Assembly: GCA_043228905.1 (NCBI GenBank)
Contig: JBHGNT010000015.1
Location: 7,316,001 to 7,380,000 of the forward strand
DNA length: 64,000 nucleotides
Source: Azolla caroliniana
Lineage: Eukaryota > Plantae > Polypodiophyta
Direction of reading: 5' to 3'
A program made the translations under genes and the position numbers. Below the pieces are notes generated by a model, which searched no databases, was not told where the DNA came from, and worked only from the letters and a program-made list of their open reading frames with translations. Positions 49,801 through 61,900 of the stretch are shown here, in pieces; within the stretch, counting starts at the first letter, position 1; the number at the start of each line of letters is the position of its first letter.

Positions 49801-50953
49801 GAAGTGCCCATATCTGGTGCGAAACGCGGTCTTCCATTCGTCTCCTGGTCGGATCCGTACGAGGTTATATGCTCCCCGTATGTCAATCTTCGTGAAGAAC
49901 CTGGCACCATTGATCCGTTCTAAAAGACTTGAGATAAGGGGAAGAGCATACCTATTCCTGATTGTAACCTTATTCAGGTCACGGTAATCTACAACGAGAC
50001 GAAGCGATCCATCCTTTTTCTTGACGAAGAAAATGGGCGCGCCCGTTGGAGATTTCGAATGCCGGATGAAACCATTTTCCAAATTCTCCTCTATATAGGC
50101 CCGAAGGACTTCCAGCTCGGTTGGTGACAAATTGTAGATCGGTCCCCATGGTGGCTCTTTTCCCGGTTGTAAATCGATGGGGCAATCGTACGGTCGATGA
50201 TGAGGAAGTGTGTTGGCTTGTACTTTATCGAACACATCGGCGTAATGACGATACTTCTCGGGAAGTTGAACGGTGGATTCTTCTTTAGTGGTGCTGGAGG
50301 GGTTTACTGATATTGCAAAGAGGAACATTTCCTCCTTGTGCCCTTCTTTACGCAACTGACGTAGCGAAATGGTTGCCATCTTCTGAGTTGACCCTTGGGT
50401 TTGTCGACACCGGATTTCTCTTGTTCTCCAAGCTATGTCTGGGTTATGTAACTCGAACCATGGTAATCCTAAAACTATGGGATGTTCTAGGATATTAATA
50501 ATATTAAATGATACTACACATGCTAAGTTATCTAGGACAATATTAATGGGCTCTGACTCTTCTATGATATTTCCGGAAGCAATGGGACGTCCATCAATGA
50601 CTACTACAGAGGCTGGACACTGGAGTTTTCTTAGGGATATCTTATGAGCTTGAGCAAATTTCTTATCCATAAAGCAAGAGTTAGCTCCGGAATCTAGGAG
50701 TGCTAGGACATGTACTGGAGGGGTACTTTTAGTACTAACTATTACTTGGGCTACGAACACATCACTAACTTGCTTAGAGGGAATGGAACCACTAATGGGT
50801 TGCACAGATCTAGGGCTGTCCAACCAAACAGCTCCTATTTTGGCTGGACTTAGTCGTTTAACTCTTCTTCTAACTGACTAAGGACATCAAATCTGTTCGC
50901 TAGATCTGGGCTATTAGTACTATTAGGACTATCAAATATCCCTACTGAAATAG
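46840..50953 (-). mobile_element. 5'-truncated Tcn1-like chromovirus (Gypsy), 3' LTR 46840-47273
   Basis: TGTCATGA...TCATGACA LTR, PPT (rc) 47274-47289. PR LLDSGANS, RT YLDDLLVYS, RH ADASDFALG, INT SDRGPQF, GPF motif, chromodomain EYEVAAILD...YLVDWLGY...TWEP. Confidence 0.92.
47266..50823 (-). pseudogene. Chromovirus pol (PR-RT-RH-INT-chromodomain) with premature stops and frameshifts
   Basis: ORF pieces 49618-50823, 49090-49566, 48025-49008, 47647-47886 and 47266-47592. Confidence 0.92.
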
Positions 50954-51695
50954 GCTGACCAAAGTACTGATACCCGACAAGCTGGATGCATGTCGGAAGC
51001 GAATCGGACTAGTAAGACATCCCATGCCGGAGTGAAGGGGGAGTTTGTTAGGAAACAGGTCCCTCCGGATGGGAAGTGAGAAGAATAGTGTTGTCAAACA
51101 CACTCGGCCGAGGCCAAAACTGGATGTGGAATACCCGGCAAGGAAGACCCGGTGAGAACCGGATGACGAGTACCCGGCAAGAGCCGGATGGTGAAGGCCC
51201 GGTGAGAAGTACTCACCGGATGAAGGGACATATTCGTAAATATGTTTTCTAAGAGTCCATCGGGCCTATATTTGTAAATAGCCAAAAAGTCATATAAGTA
51301 TGACTTAGGGCAAACTTAGTGGTACTGTATTTGTCATTCTTGTTGGTGCAAGATTTGAGCGCGTAACTGCGTACAGAGAGAGAGAGAGAGAGGAAAAGGT
51401 TGTTGCCTCTGTTGTAACCGCCGCCTGTGGCGAAGATAGAAAGCTTGAGGTCGTTGCTTCGGTGCTTTACTATTGTACATTGTGATATAGTGATAGTTTG
51501 CAGTCTGTGCGCTGCCGTGGTTTTTCCCTAGTTTGGGTTTTCCACGTTAACATCTTGTGTACTCTTCTCTTCACTGTGTCGTGAGTGCATTACCCGTTTT
51601 CTGTGATTTGATTCTAGGCTCGGTTGTGGCCGAGCGTTGTGCTTAGGGAACGTGTATTCCTGTCAAAGTGGTATCAGAGCGAAACGAAACAGAAA

Positions 51696-54600
51696 ATGGA
51701 TGAATCGTTGGGCGGCATGTTCAAGCTCACCGGCTCCAACTATTCAGTGTGGAAGTCGAAGATGAGGGACATGCTCGTGGTTAAAGATCTTTGGTTGCCG
51801 GTTTAGTTCGGGGACAAGAGACCGGACAAAATCGATGCCACGATATGGGAGGTGATGCACATGAAGACAACGGCGTATATACGGTGCTTCATCGACATGA
51901 GTCTATACAACAACCTCAATGAAGAGAGCAAGGCTCATGAGCTCTGGGAGAAGATCGGCATTATGTTTCAAAACAAAAATGTTGTTAATCAAGTTTCGGA
52001 ATTCCGGAAGCTAGTAAAACTCTGGTACCAAGATGGCTCCAACATGGCGGAGCACATGAATGCCTTCCAAGGGCTGATCCACCAGGCAACATCATTCGAA
52101 GTACCTCTCGCTAATGAGGTACTAGCACTACTCCTACTCGGTTGCCTCCCAGATAGCTGGGAGACATTGGTTGTCACCTTGGGCAACGCCGGGCCGGAAG
52201 GGAAACGGTTATCCCTAGCAAGAGTGAAGTCCAGTTTGCTAGATGAGGAGGCGCGTCGGAAAGACAAGGATACGAACTCCGACTCCAAAGCGCTCATCTC
52301 CGAATCGAAACGCGGAAGACAAAGGAACCGTAGTCCCCAGAACTGGGAGAAGTTAGGGACACGGTCAAAGTCAAGGGGGAGGCCTACCTACTTCTATTGC
52401 GGCAACCCGGGACACTTCCAGAAAAACTGTCGGCACTTCCGAAAAGACAAGGAAACCAACGGCACCGATTCGAAGCGGACACCAGACCGGAACGGTAAAG
52501 ACCGGAGGGGAACGGACCGGAAGGGAACGACGGCAATCGCGGCAAGTGAAGAAGAGTTGATGCTCATCACCGAGGAAAGTGACCTAAACCTTGCCGGCAA
52601 CGAGATGACCTGGGTGGTCAACTCCGGAGCGTCGTTCCACCTTACCCCGGACCGGAAATGCTTCTCATCCTACTCAGCTGGTGATCACGGCTGTGTCCAG
52701 ATGGGGAATGAAGGTACATGCCGAATTGTCGGCATAGGAGACGTGTGGTTGACAACACCAACCGGATGCAAGCTGCTGCTGAAGGATGTCTGACACGTTC
52801 CGGAGGTTCGTATGAACCTGATATCCGCCGCTCGGCTAGATGATGAAGGCTACACGGGTAGCATCCGGAACAGTGTTATGAAGTTCAGCAAAGGGAGCCT
52901 GATTGTGGCTCAGGCCCGGAAGGTCAACACGTTGTACCTGATGAATGCCCGGTTATGCCCGGAAGAAGTGAATGTGGCATCCGACACTACCGGTGAGTTG
53001 TGGCACAAGAGACCGTGTCACATGAGCAAGAAGGGGATGAAGAGGCTTGCAGAAGACAACCTCATTCTAGTGAAGAACGTGCACTTGGAGAAGTGCATTG
53101 ATTGTCTGGCCGGTAAACAAAACCGGACCTCCTTCCGATCGAGGCCACCGATGAGACGTAATGCACCACTGGAGATGGTGCATACTGATGTATGTCAAGT
53201 GGACACGAAGTCACATGCCGGATCGCAGTACTTTGTGACATTCATAGATGACCACAGCCGGAAGTTGTGGGCCACACCGTTGAAGATGAAGGATCAGCTA
53301 TTATCCGTCTTCAAAGAGCTCCACGCGAGAGTGGAAAGAGAAACCGGCCGAAAGTTGAAGGCGGTTCAAGCAGATAACGGAGGTGAATACCGGGGGCAGT
53401 TCGAGGAGTATTATCGCTCGAAGGGAATCCGGCTCGAATTTACCGTGCCAAAGACGCCGGAACTAAATGGGTTGGCCGAGAGGATGAACCGGACCATAAT
53501 GGAGAGGGTCCGGAGTATGCTGGCGCATGCAAAATTACCCAAGATGTTTTGGGTTGAGGCGCTGTCGACAGCGACGTATGTGATAAACATATCACCCTCA
53601 GTGCCCTTGGATGGAGACACGCCGCAGAAGGTGTGGACCGGTAAGGAAGTGTCCTACCGGCATCTGAAGGTGTCGGGTGTCTCACGTACGTGCATGTTGC
53701 TAAGGACCGGAGAGGAAAGTTGGATCCAAAGACCCGGCCATGCATATTCCTCAGATACGGCGATGATGAGTTCGGCTACCGAGTGTGGGATTCGGTTGAC
53801 AAGAAGGCTTTCTGGAGTCGAGATATTATCTTCATGGACGGCAAGACTCTTGCCGACTGGGAGTCGAAGAAGAAGATAATGAACTCCGATGAGATTCGGA
53901 CACACCCAGCTAAGAGCCGGTTGACACTCGAGGAACCGGTCGGTTATGGTGAGGATACCGAACCGGCAGAAGAAGAAGTAGAGGAAGCTGAAATCGGAAC
54001 CGGCCAAGACCCCGAATCGGATTCGGATGAAGAACAAATAGTGGAGCCGGTTGCCGAAGGCCAAAGACGGAGATATCCTCTTAGAGAGAGAAGGGCCCCC
54101 CAGAGATTTCCGGATGTAGAGCATGTGCTGCTGACCGATGAGGGAGAGCCGGAAAGCTTCGAAGAAGCGAAGGATGACACCCACAGTCGCAAATGGTTAA
54201 GTGCCATGCAGGATGAGATGGATTCCCTGCATGAGAACCATACGTATGAATTGGTGGAGTTGCCGAAAGGAAAGAGGGCACTCCGAAACAAGTGGGTGTA
54301 CAAAATGAAACCGGGAGATGTCGGCAACCCCCCAAGATACAAAGCCAGGATCGTGGTCAAGGGGTTCCAGCAGAAGAAGGGTGTGGACTTTGATGAGATA
54401 TTTTCCCCGGTAGTAAAGATGACCTCCATCCGGACGGTGCTAAGTATAGCGGCAAGCATGGACCTCGAGGTAGAGCAGCTGGACGTGAAGACGGCATTCC
54501 TTCACGGTGACCTCGAAGAGGAGATCTACATGCAGCAACCGGAAGGATTCGTGGAGAAAGGGAAGGAGCACCTGGTTTGCCGGTTGAAGAAGAGCCTGTA

Positions 54601-55869
54601 CGAACTGAAGCAGGTTCCCCAACAATGGTACCGGAAGTTCGACTCCTTCATAACCGATCAGGGGTACCACAAGACGCAGGCCGATCACTGCGTGTTTGTG
54701 AAGAAGTTTGAAGGAGGCAACTTCCTAATACTCCTTCTGTACGTGGATGACATGTTGATCATCGAACGGGACCAAGCCAAAATACGGATGTTGAAGAAGG
54801 CTCTCAATCGAACCTTCGCAATGAAAGACTTGGGCCCGGCAAGACAGATACTGGGGATGCACATCATCCGGGACCGGTCAAAGAAGCAATTGTGGTTGTC
54901 ACAGGAGAAATACGTGACAAAGGTGCGTTAGCGGTTCAACATGTTAGAAGCAAAACCGATCGGATCGACACTCTCAGCAAACTGCAAACTATCCGGCAAG
55001 CAAAGCCCGAAGACGAATGCACATCATCCGGGACCGGTCAAAGAAGCAATTGTGATTGTCACTGGAGAAATACGTGACAAAGGTGCTTTAGTGGTTCAAC
55101 ATGTTAGAAGCAAAACCGGTTGGATCGACACTCTCGGCAAACTGCAAACTATCCGGCAAGCAAAGCCCGAAGATGAAAGCAGAGAAGGCTGATATGATGA
55201 AGGTTCCATATGCCTCTGCCGTCGGGAGCTTGATGTACACAATGGTGTGTACTCGACCGGATATTGGATACGCAGTCGGAGTGGTGAGCCGGTTTATGAG
55301 CAATCCCGGCAAGGAGCACTGGAACGCAGTCAAATGGATACTCTGGTACTTGAAGGGCACTTCGAATATGTGTCTCTGATTCGGCTCCGGTAAACCTCAA
55401 CTTGACGGTTTTACCGATTCGGACATGTCGGCTGATGTGCCTGTCTACATCCGGGTATGTAATGACATATGCAGGGGGAGCTATTTCGTGGCAGTCGAGG
55501 CAACAGAAGACGGTTGCGTTGTCAACCACGGAGGCGGAGTACATGGCGGTTGTGGAAGCCGGCAAGGAAATATTATGGATGAAGGACTTCATCGAAGAGC
55601 TCGGTATCCGGCAAGATGAATACCGGCTCTATTGCGATAGTCAAAGTGCCATCCACCTTGCTAAGAACGCAGCGTACCATTCCAGGACGAAGCACATCCA
55701 GCGTAGGTATCACTGGATCCGGGAGCAAGAAGAAGATCGAGAGTTCGCGTTGACGAAGATCCACACGGCCAAGAACGGGTCAGATATGCTGACCAAAGTA
55801 CTAATACCCGACAAGCTGGATGCATGTCGGAAGCGAATCGGACTAGTAAGACATCCCATGCCGGAGTGA
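51696..55869 (+). pseudogene. Disrupted gag-pol of A3
   Basis: Closely similar to the A1 polyprotein (MDESLGGMFKLT...VRHPMPE*), with stops, frameshifts and a 160-bp internal duplication. Confidence 0.95.
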
Positions 55870-56213
55870 AGGGGGAGTTTGTTAGGAAACAGGTCCCTCC
55901 GGATGGGAAGTGAGAAGAATAGTGTTGTCAAACACACTCGGCCGAGGCCGAAACTGGATGTGGAATACCCGGCAAGGAAGACCCGGTGAGAACCGGATGA
56001 CGAGTACCCGGCAAGAGCCGGATGGTGAAGACCCGGTGAGAAGTACTCACCGGATGAAGGGACATATTCGTAAATATGTTTTCTAAGAGTTCATCGGGGC
56101 TATATTTGTAAATAGCCGAAAAGTCATATTAGTATAAATATGACTTAGGGCAAACTTAGTGGTACTGTATTTGTCATTCTTGTTGGTGCAAGATTTGAGT
56201 GCGTAACTGCGTA

Positions 56214-56249
<36 letters not shown>

Positions 56250-57646
56250 GAGGTCGTTGCCTCTGTTGTAACCGCCGCCTGTGGCGAAGATAGCAAGCTC
56301 AAGGTCGTTGCCTCGGTGCTTTACTATTGTACATTGTGATATAGTGATAGTTTGTAGTCTGTGGGCTGTCGTGGTTTTTCCCTAGTTTGGGTTTTCCACG
56401 TTAACATCCTGTGTACTGTTCTCTTCACTGTGTCGTGAGTGTATTACACGTTTTCTGTGATTTGATTCTAGGCTCGGTTGTGGCCGAGCGTTGTGCTTAG
56501 GGAACGTGTATTCCTATCATTTCTATCATCATATTTTATGTGTCCTGCATTTTTTCCTAAGTATATAAGTGACTTACATATGCAGCTAATTAGCTGTGAG
56601 TTGCTAAATAGTTGTAGATAGCAAAATAGCGATGAATAGCTAAATAGTTGTTTTACCTACATGCCTAATAGTAGCTAATTTCCTAATAGCTACTATAGAA
56701 GATCTCACTTACCAATATGCACCATATGCTTTTGTTGAGCTTGTTTCTCAACACACATGCTCGCTACATCCAAAAGGTCAAAACGCTGAAGGAGGCGGGG
56801 GAACCTAAAAAAGATATTCGCGGCAAACACAACCGCAGAAAAACTTCAACTCCGACAAGAGTTGAACATTATCCAATAGAGGGATATGTCAATCGGCAGC
56901 TACACCTTGAAGCAAGGTGGAACATCTGGAAGAAGGAGGAACAATCATGTCATACCAAGGAGACAAAAAAACTTTGTCCATTGCGAATATTGTGGAAAAT
57001 TCAGCCATTACGAGACAGAGTGTCAGAAGAAGAAGAGTGAGTCAGCCTTTACAAGCCAACAACTCACCAACTATGCCTCCAACTCCGACTATGAAGATCA
57101 TGGCGCAATGTTTGTAATCCGGCATAGAGCGAATTCGATGACAACATCATGCCCAACTAGCACCTTCAGTTCAGAAAATGTATGGTTTGTTGAGTAGGGT
57201 GCATCCAATCATATGATTTCTCATGAAGATTGGTTTCGAGCACTACAAAAGCCCGAATAACCCAGCTATATGGAAACTAGGCATGACACCATTCACCCCA
57301 TTTAGCATGTCCGTAATGTCCCATTCGATGAAGAGGGAAACCAAACCTACATCAAGAACGTCTTGCATCTTCTGACAATAACAAAGAATCTGGCCTCTGT
57401 TGGAAAGATTGTGGAACAAGGCATGCAAGTTCGCTTCAACGACAAAGGGTGCTTCATCGAATAGGAAGGCCGAATTATCGTTCACAGTCGAAGAGAATGC
57501 CGAATGTTCATCCTTGATTCTCACGAGAGGAAATCGGCAATGTTTGCCAAGGGCCATAAAGTTGACACCAACATAGAGCTATGGCACAAAAGAATTGGCC
57601 ACATCAATCAGAAGTTCAAAGGAATGCAATCAAAAGGAGTCATAAC

Positions 57647-58998
57647 TGCTGAGTAACAAGCTCAACATTGGGTGCGTAATATGGCGCGTAACCCAGTGCG
57701 TAAACTAGACGCGTAAGTTAGTACGCACAACTTGGTCGTATCGGTGCGTAAACCGAAAGGCCGTTAGAGAGATATTCCTCCTAAGGAATAATTTTGGGAG
57801 CGAGTGTCGTGGCTCATTTATGAGCGGTCAAGTATTGTCAGTACTTGTGTCAGCCCAATTGTTAGGGCTTGTATAAAATGTGCTCACTGAGCACAAAGCA
57901 TGTACAGAGCGTCATTATTTTGAAATAGAACTGAGTTGTCCATCTCCATCTCCATCTCTATGTTTTCTGCATTTACCGAACTGTCTTATTTCCGAACTAT
58001 GTACTCTGTGTTTACGCACACGCTTCCGCACACGTATTCTTTTACATGGTATCAGAGCGCGAGGGTTGAAGTCCTCTGCAACCGACAAGAAAAGCTTGTG
58101 ACAAAACAGAGTTGAAGTTGTTCTTCATTTTTTTTCAGAAAAGAAAAAGACAGCAATATGGACAAAGGAATCGGAAGCTCACTACCGACTGAGAAGCTCG
58201 ACAAGAGCAACTACGCATCTTGGTCATACAAGATGCGCCAGTACCTGCTCAGCCATGGCTATTGGAGTTATGTAGAAGGAGCTAATGATGTAGCACCTGA
58301 TTCGACACACAAAGATTTTTCGACTTGGGAACAAGCCGCAAGCAAAGTTCTCAACTACTTTGCATCCTGTGTGAGCGACCAACTATTAAGCTATATTCGG
58401 GATGTTAAGACGCCAAAGGACGCGTGGGCAAATTTCAAAAGGATTTTCGCCGCAAGCACAACGGCCAGGAAGCTGCAACTCAGGCAGGAGCTCAACAATG
58501 TTCGGTAGAAAGATCTGTCTGTGGCCGATTACACGGCCCAAATAAAGGAAATTTGTGACTCACTCGCCTCCGTCAACGTGAACGTTGAGGAAGGTGAAAT
58601 GGTGTAGGTTTGCCTTGGTGGGCTAGCGTCCAGGTTCGGAGCCTTCGGAATGGCTGTCTGTACGAGGGAGAATACGCCTTCCTTCTTCGAGCTTCAGTCA
58701 ATGTTGCTCGTGGAGGAAAATCATGCGGATGCGTCGATGAGTACGCACGCCGACGGCAAGATGTTGTACACGAAGGAAGATAGGCCCCGTGGTCGTGGTG
58801 GAAATGCTGACAACAGTTCCGGACCCTCCACAAGCCCAAGAAGGGGGAGTCATGGCGGCGCCGGAAACCAGCAAGAGAAGGTCGCGTCAAAATGCTGGTA
58901 TTGTGGCAAGAAAGGCCACAAGGAGAGCGAGTGCTGGAAAAAGCGAGCCAATTCGGACAAAGTCAGATTGAGCCAAAGAGATGCAGAGAGGCGTCAGA
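57647..58998 (+). mobile_element. 5' part of Copia family B element B6 (LTR 57647-58046, PBS 58047-58058, gag), interrupted by G2
   Basis: LTR homologous to the B2 LTRs; TGGTATCAGAGC; gag MDKGIGSSLPTEKLD...CWYCGKKGHKESEC. Confidence 0.9.
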
Positions 58999-61900
58999 TG
59001 TTACCGACCGGCAAAGGAGTCCAGAGTGGGAAACAGAGAGTTATTTAAGTAGTAGGAATGTGGTTGTAATTAAGCTATGAGTGTGGACGGACGGACCGGA
59101 ATCGGTATGCCGTTCCGGATCCGGACCGATCCCGAACAGGTGCGGATGGCACCATTTTGTAATACAGACCGGAAACCTATTTAAAGGCCCAGATACAATG
59201 TAATGAATAGCAGTTAATTAATAGAAGATTAGCGTTGTTATCTCTCTATGTTAATTGCCGTTCTGCATTCATTGTTATATCTTACGCGTGTAATTATGAA
59301 AGACCATCATGTTAAGTAACTTAATTAAGTCGGATTAAGCGTTGGGTCTAATCTGGTTGCCGTAACACCCTTTGGTGAAGTGTCTTCCGTAGACACCCTG
59401 TGTTAGGCCATTGTCCGGCCCGAAGAGTTAACACAGTTTTTGGCGACCACGATTCCTGTTTTTGCAGCGAACGACAACACGGATGGATGTCTAGATCAAC
59501 GCACGACCTGGTTACAGATCGAACTCGACGCCTTGCCGAAAGGCAAAGGAGACGCGAGGCTTTCCAGCAAGCGGCGCAGGAAATTAGAGCGGATCGCTCG
59601 TTTTCCAACGTAATCCGGAGAGTAGCGGAGGACTCCCTCTGGTTACAGCAAACATCGCACCCGGACGACGACAACAGCCTAAGCAGCCTCCGGGAAACTG
59701 AATCCCTTCTCCACGCGTTGGCAAACGGAGAAGGCGAAGCAGAAGCCTTTTCAGCATATGAATCGGACTCCGAAGGGGAATACAGCGTGCACACGAACTA
59801 CCGTAGCAGCAACGAAACCCCGGGCGGACCGGAGGACGAAGGATCGGATACCTTACCGACACCAGAACCGGAAGTGCTAACACTGGAACCCCCGGAACCA
59901 GCAGAGGAAGAGCGACCTCCGACACCGGAAGTTGAAGAGGAGAGGCCTTCGTCACCAAAAGAAGAGGAAAAACCACCGACGCCGGAAACAAATCGGGAAA
60001 GACCACCAACGCCGGAGAAAATTCCGGAACGAGCACCAACATTGCCAGCCCGCGCACCGATACCGGACGACGACATGCCGTTCCAGTACTCCAAGTATAG
60101 AGATGATCCGGACGCGGAAGCTCATGTGCACGCCTTTGAACAGACATGGGAAGCCAACCATGTGTCCCAGCGATTGACCCCGGAGGAAGAAGAACGCTCT
60201 AAGATAGCGGAATTTGGCGTCACATAGGAGGGACCGGCAGCAAGATGGCGCCGGACGCAGGACCCGTCTACCATCAACACCTTTGCAGATTTAGAAGCTA
60301 AATTCTTGCATTTTTTTCAAAAGGAGGTGGACCAGACCATAATGGTAGGCTTATTTTATACCATCCGACAGGAGGCAGGGGAGAGCATTCCCCAGTTTGT
60401 CATCCGGTATGAACGGATGCATAGTCAGCTTGCCCGCGCACCCCCGGAGGAGGAATTATGGACTATATTCCTAAACGCGCTCCGGGAACCCCTACGCACG
60501 GTTTGCACGGTAATTGCCTTCCACACAAGTACCATCGACCAGGTCATTGACCAAGTGAGAGAAATGGAAAAGACAAGCTCTTGGCTCACATTGGGAGCAC
60601 TCCAACGAGCGTTACCGTCCGATGAAGACCTTCGGTTTCAGCAAGCAATATAGTGCACAACCTGCTTGAATTCCGGACACTCGACTCTAGAATGCACGAT
60701 GAGGACACAACGTGTAATCTGTCAATCCAAGAGCCATACGACGGATAGGTGCGAGTATAATCTGCTGAACCGGCAAGCACTGCCCGTCCGACAAATTGAG
60801 CCACGCAGCAACTGGGATGAAGAAGACGAACGTTGGCGGCGAATGGACCGCGACCGACCGGCACAGGATGTCCGGTATGGCGATCGACGAGAGAATGATG
60901 TCAGGTACGGTGATCGGCGGGATAACTATGACCGGCATGATCGGTACCGGGATTACAATACACGATACGAACATTCCGACCGAGACCACTCCCCCGAGTA
61001 TCGTCAGCAACGGGAGGAATACGGGAGATATAACGGGCAACCCCGTAAGGAGTACCATAATAAGAAGAGCTATAACAAAAAACGACATTTTAAAAAAGGC
61101 GGCTACCCCCAGGATCCGGAACAAGGAGCTCCAAGCAGCCAACCGGTCCAAAACCCCGCGCGTACCGCAAGACCTGCCCCGGGTACAATAGACAATGTCG
61201 AATCTAGCAATACCCGGAAAGCCTACTACTACTACTACCGACATGAAGGCCATTATAGTAACCAATGTCCGGTGAAGAGCTATGAAAAACGACCGGCGGT
61301 AAATATGGTAGTCCCTAAGGTGGCAAATCTGCAGCAGGTGACCACAAGGTCGAAGGGCATGGCCAAGGAATGGGAGACGCATGAGACTATCCGGAAACAA
61401 GCAACGGAATGGGTAAAGAAAGCAAACGAGCAGAATGTCACAGACTTACAGCGGCAAAAGGAGAACATCGTAGGGCTTGCCGGCGGTAGTAACTCCGAGA
61501 ACGAGACATGGCAGGCGTTGCAAGAATGCCAGATTACGTTGCCACTAGGAAGACTCCTACAACTCATGCCATGGTTCACGGAAGGACTGAAGACGGCCAT
61601 GAAGGCAAGAGAACCATCGTCGGCACCAGTACTCTTCTCGAATCCGGAGGAGGAACCAACGGTGGTGGACACCAACAGTCCGGTAATCACTGTCGTTGTA
61701 AAAGGGAAAGAACTCCCCGGCACAGTTATAGACAGAGGCTCTAGGGTGAACGTAATAAGCCTCCGGACATGTGATGCCCTAGGAATCCACGAATGGGAGC
61801 CGTGTCCGTTCTGGTTGCGGATGGCCGATACAAGCTCAGTGCGGCCGACAAGATTAATACGGAAATTAGAAGTCACCGTCGGCGGTCATACATTCACATC

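Larger units (their letters stand above)
46812..56519 (+). mobile_element. Three-LTR (tandem) family A Copia A3
   Basis: TSD TTTCT (46807-46811 / 56520-56524). LTR start 46812-46839; middle LTR 51046-51665 preceded by an RH end and PPT and followed by a PBS at 51669; last LTR 55880-56519. Confidence 0.88.
44565..56753 (-). mobile_element. AT-rich Copia element C (RT-RH remnant; gag and INT deleted), inserted in D gag
   Basis: Perfect TSD CACAT. LTR 44565-44946, PPT (rc) 44947-44955, partial second LTR about 56557-56753. IYVDDLII and GYTDAD motifs. Confidence 0.9.
39278..57646 (+). mobile_element. Fragmented Copia element D (LTR ending 44178, PBS 44179-44190, gag 44350-44564 + 56759-57646)
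   Basis: TTTACA-TGGTATCTGAGC; gag MGSAPPTEKLDRNNFASWEYKM; CEYCGKFSHYETEC and a PR remnant after 56759. The LTR start is uncertain. Confidence 0.7.
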
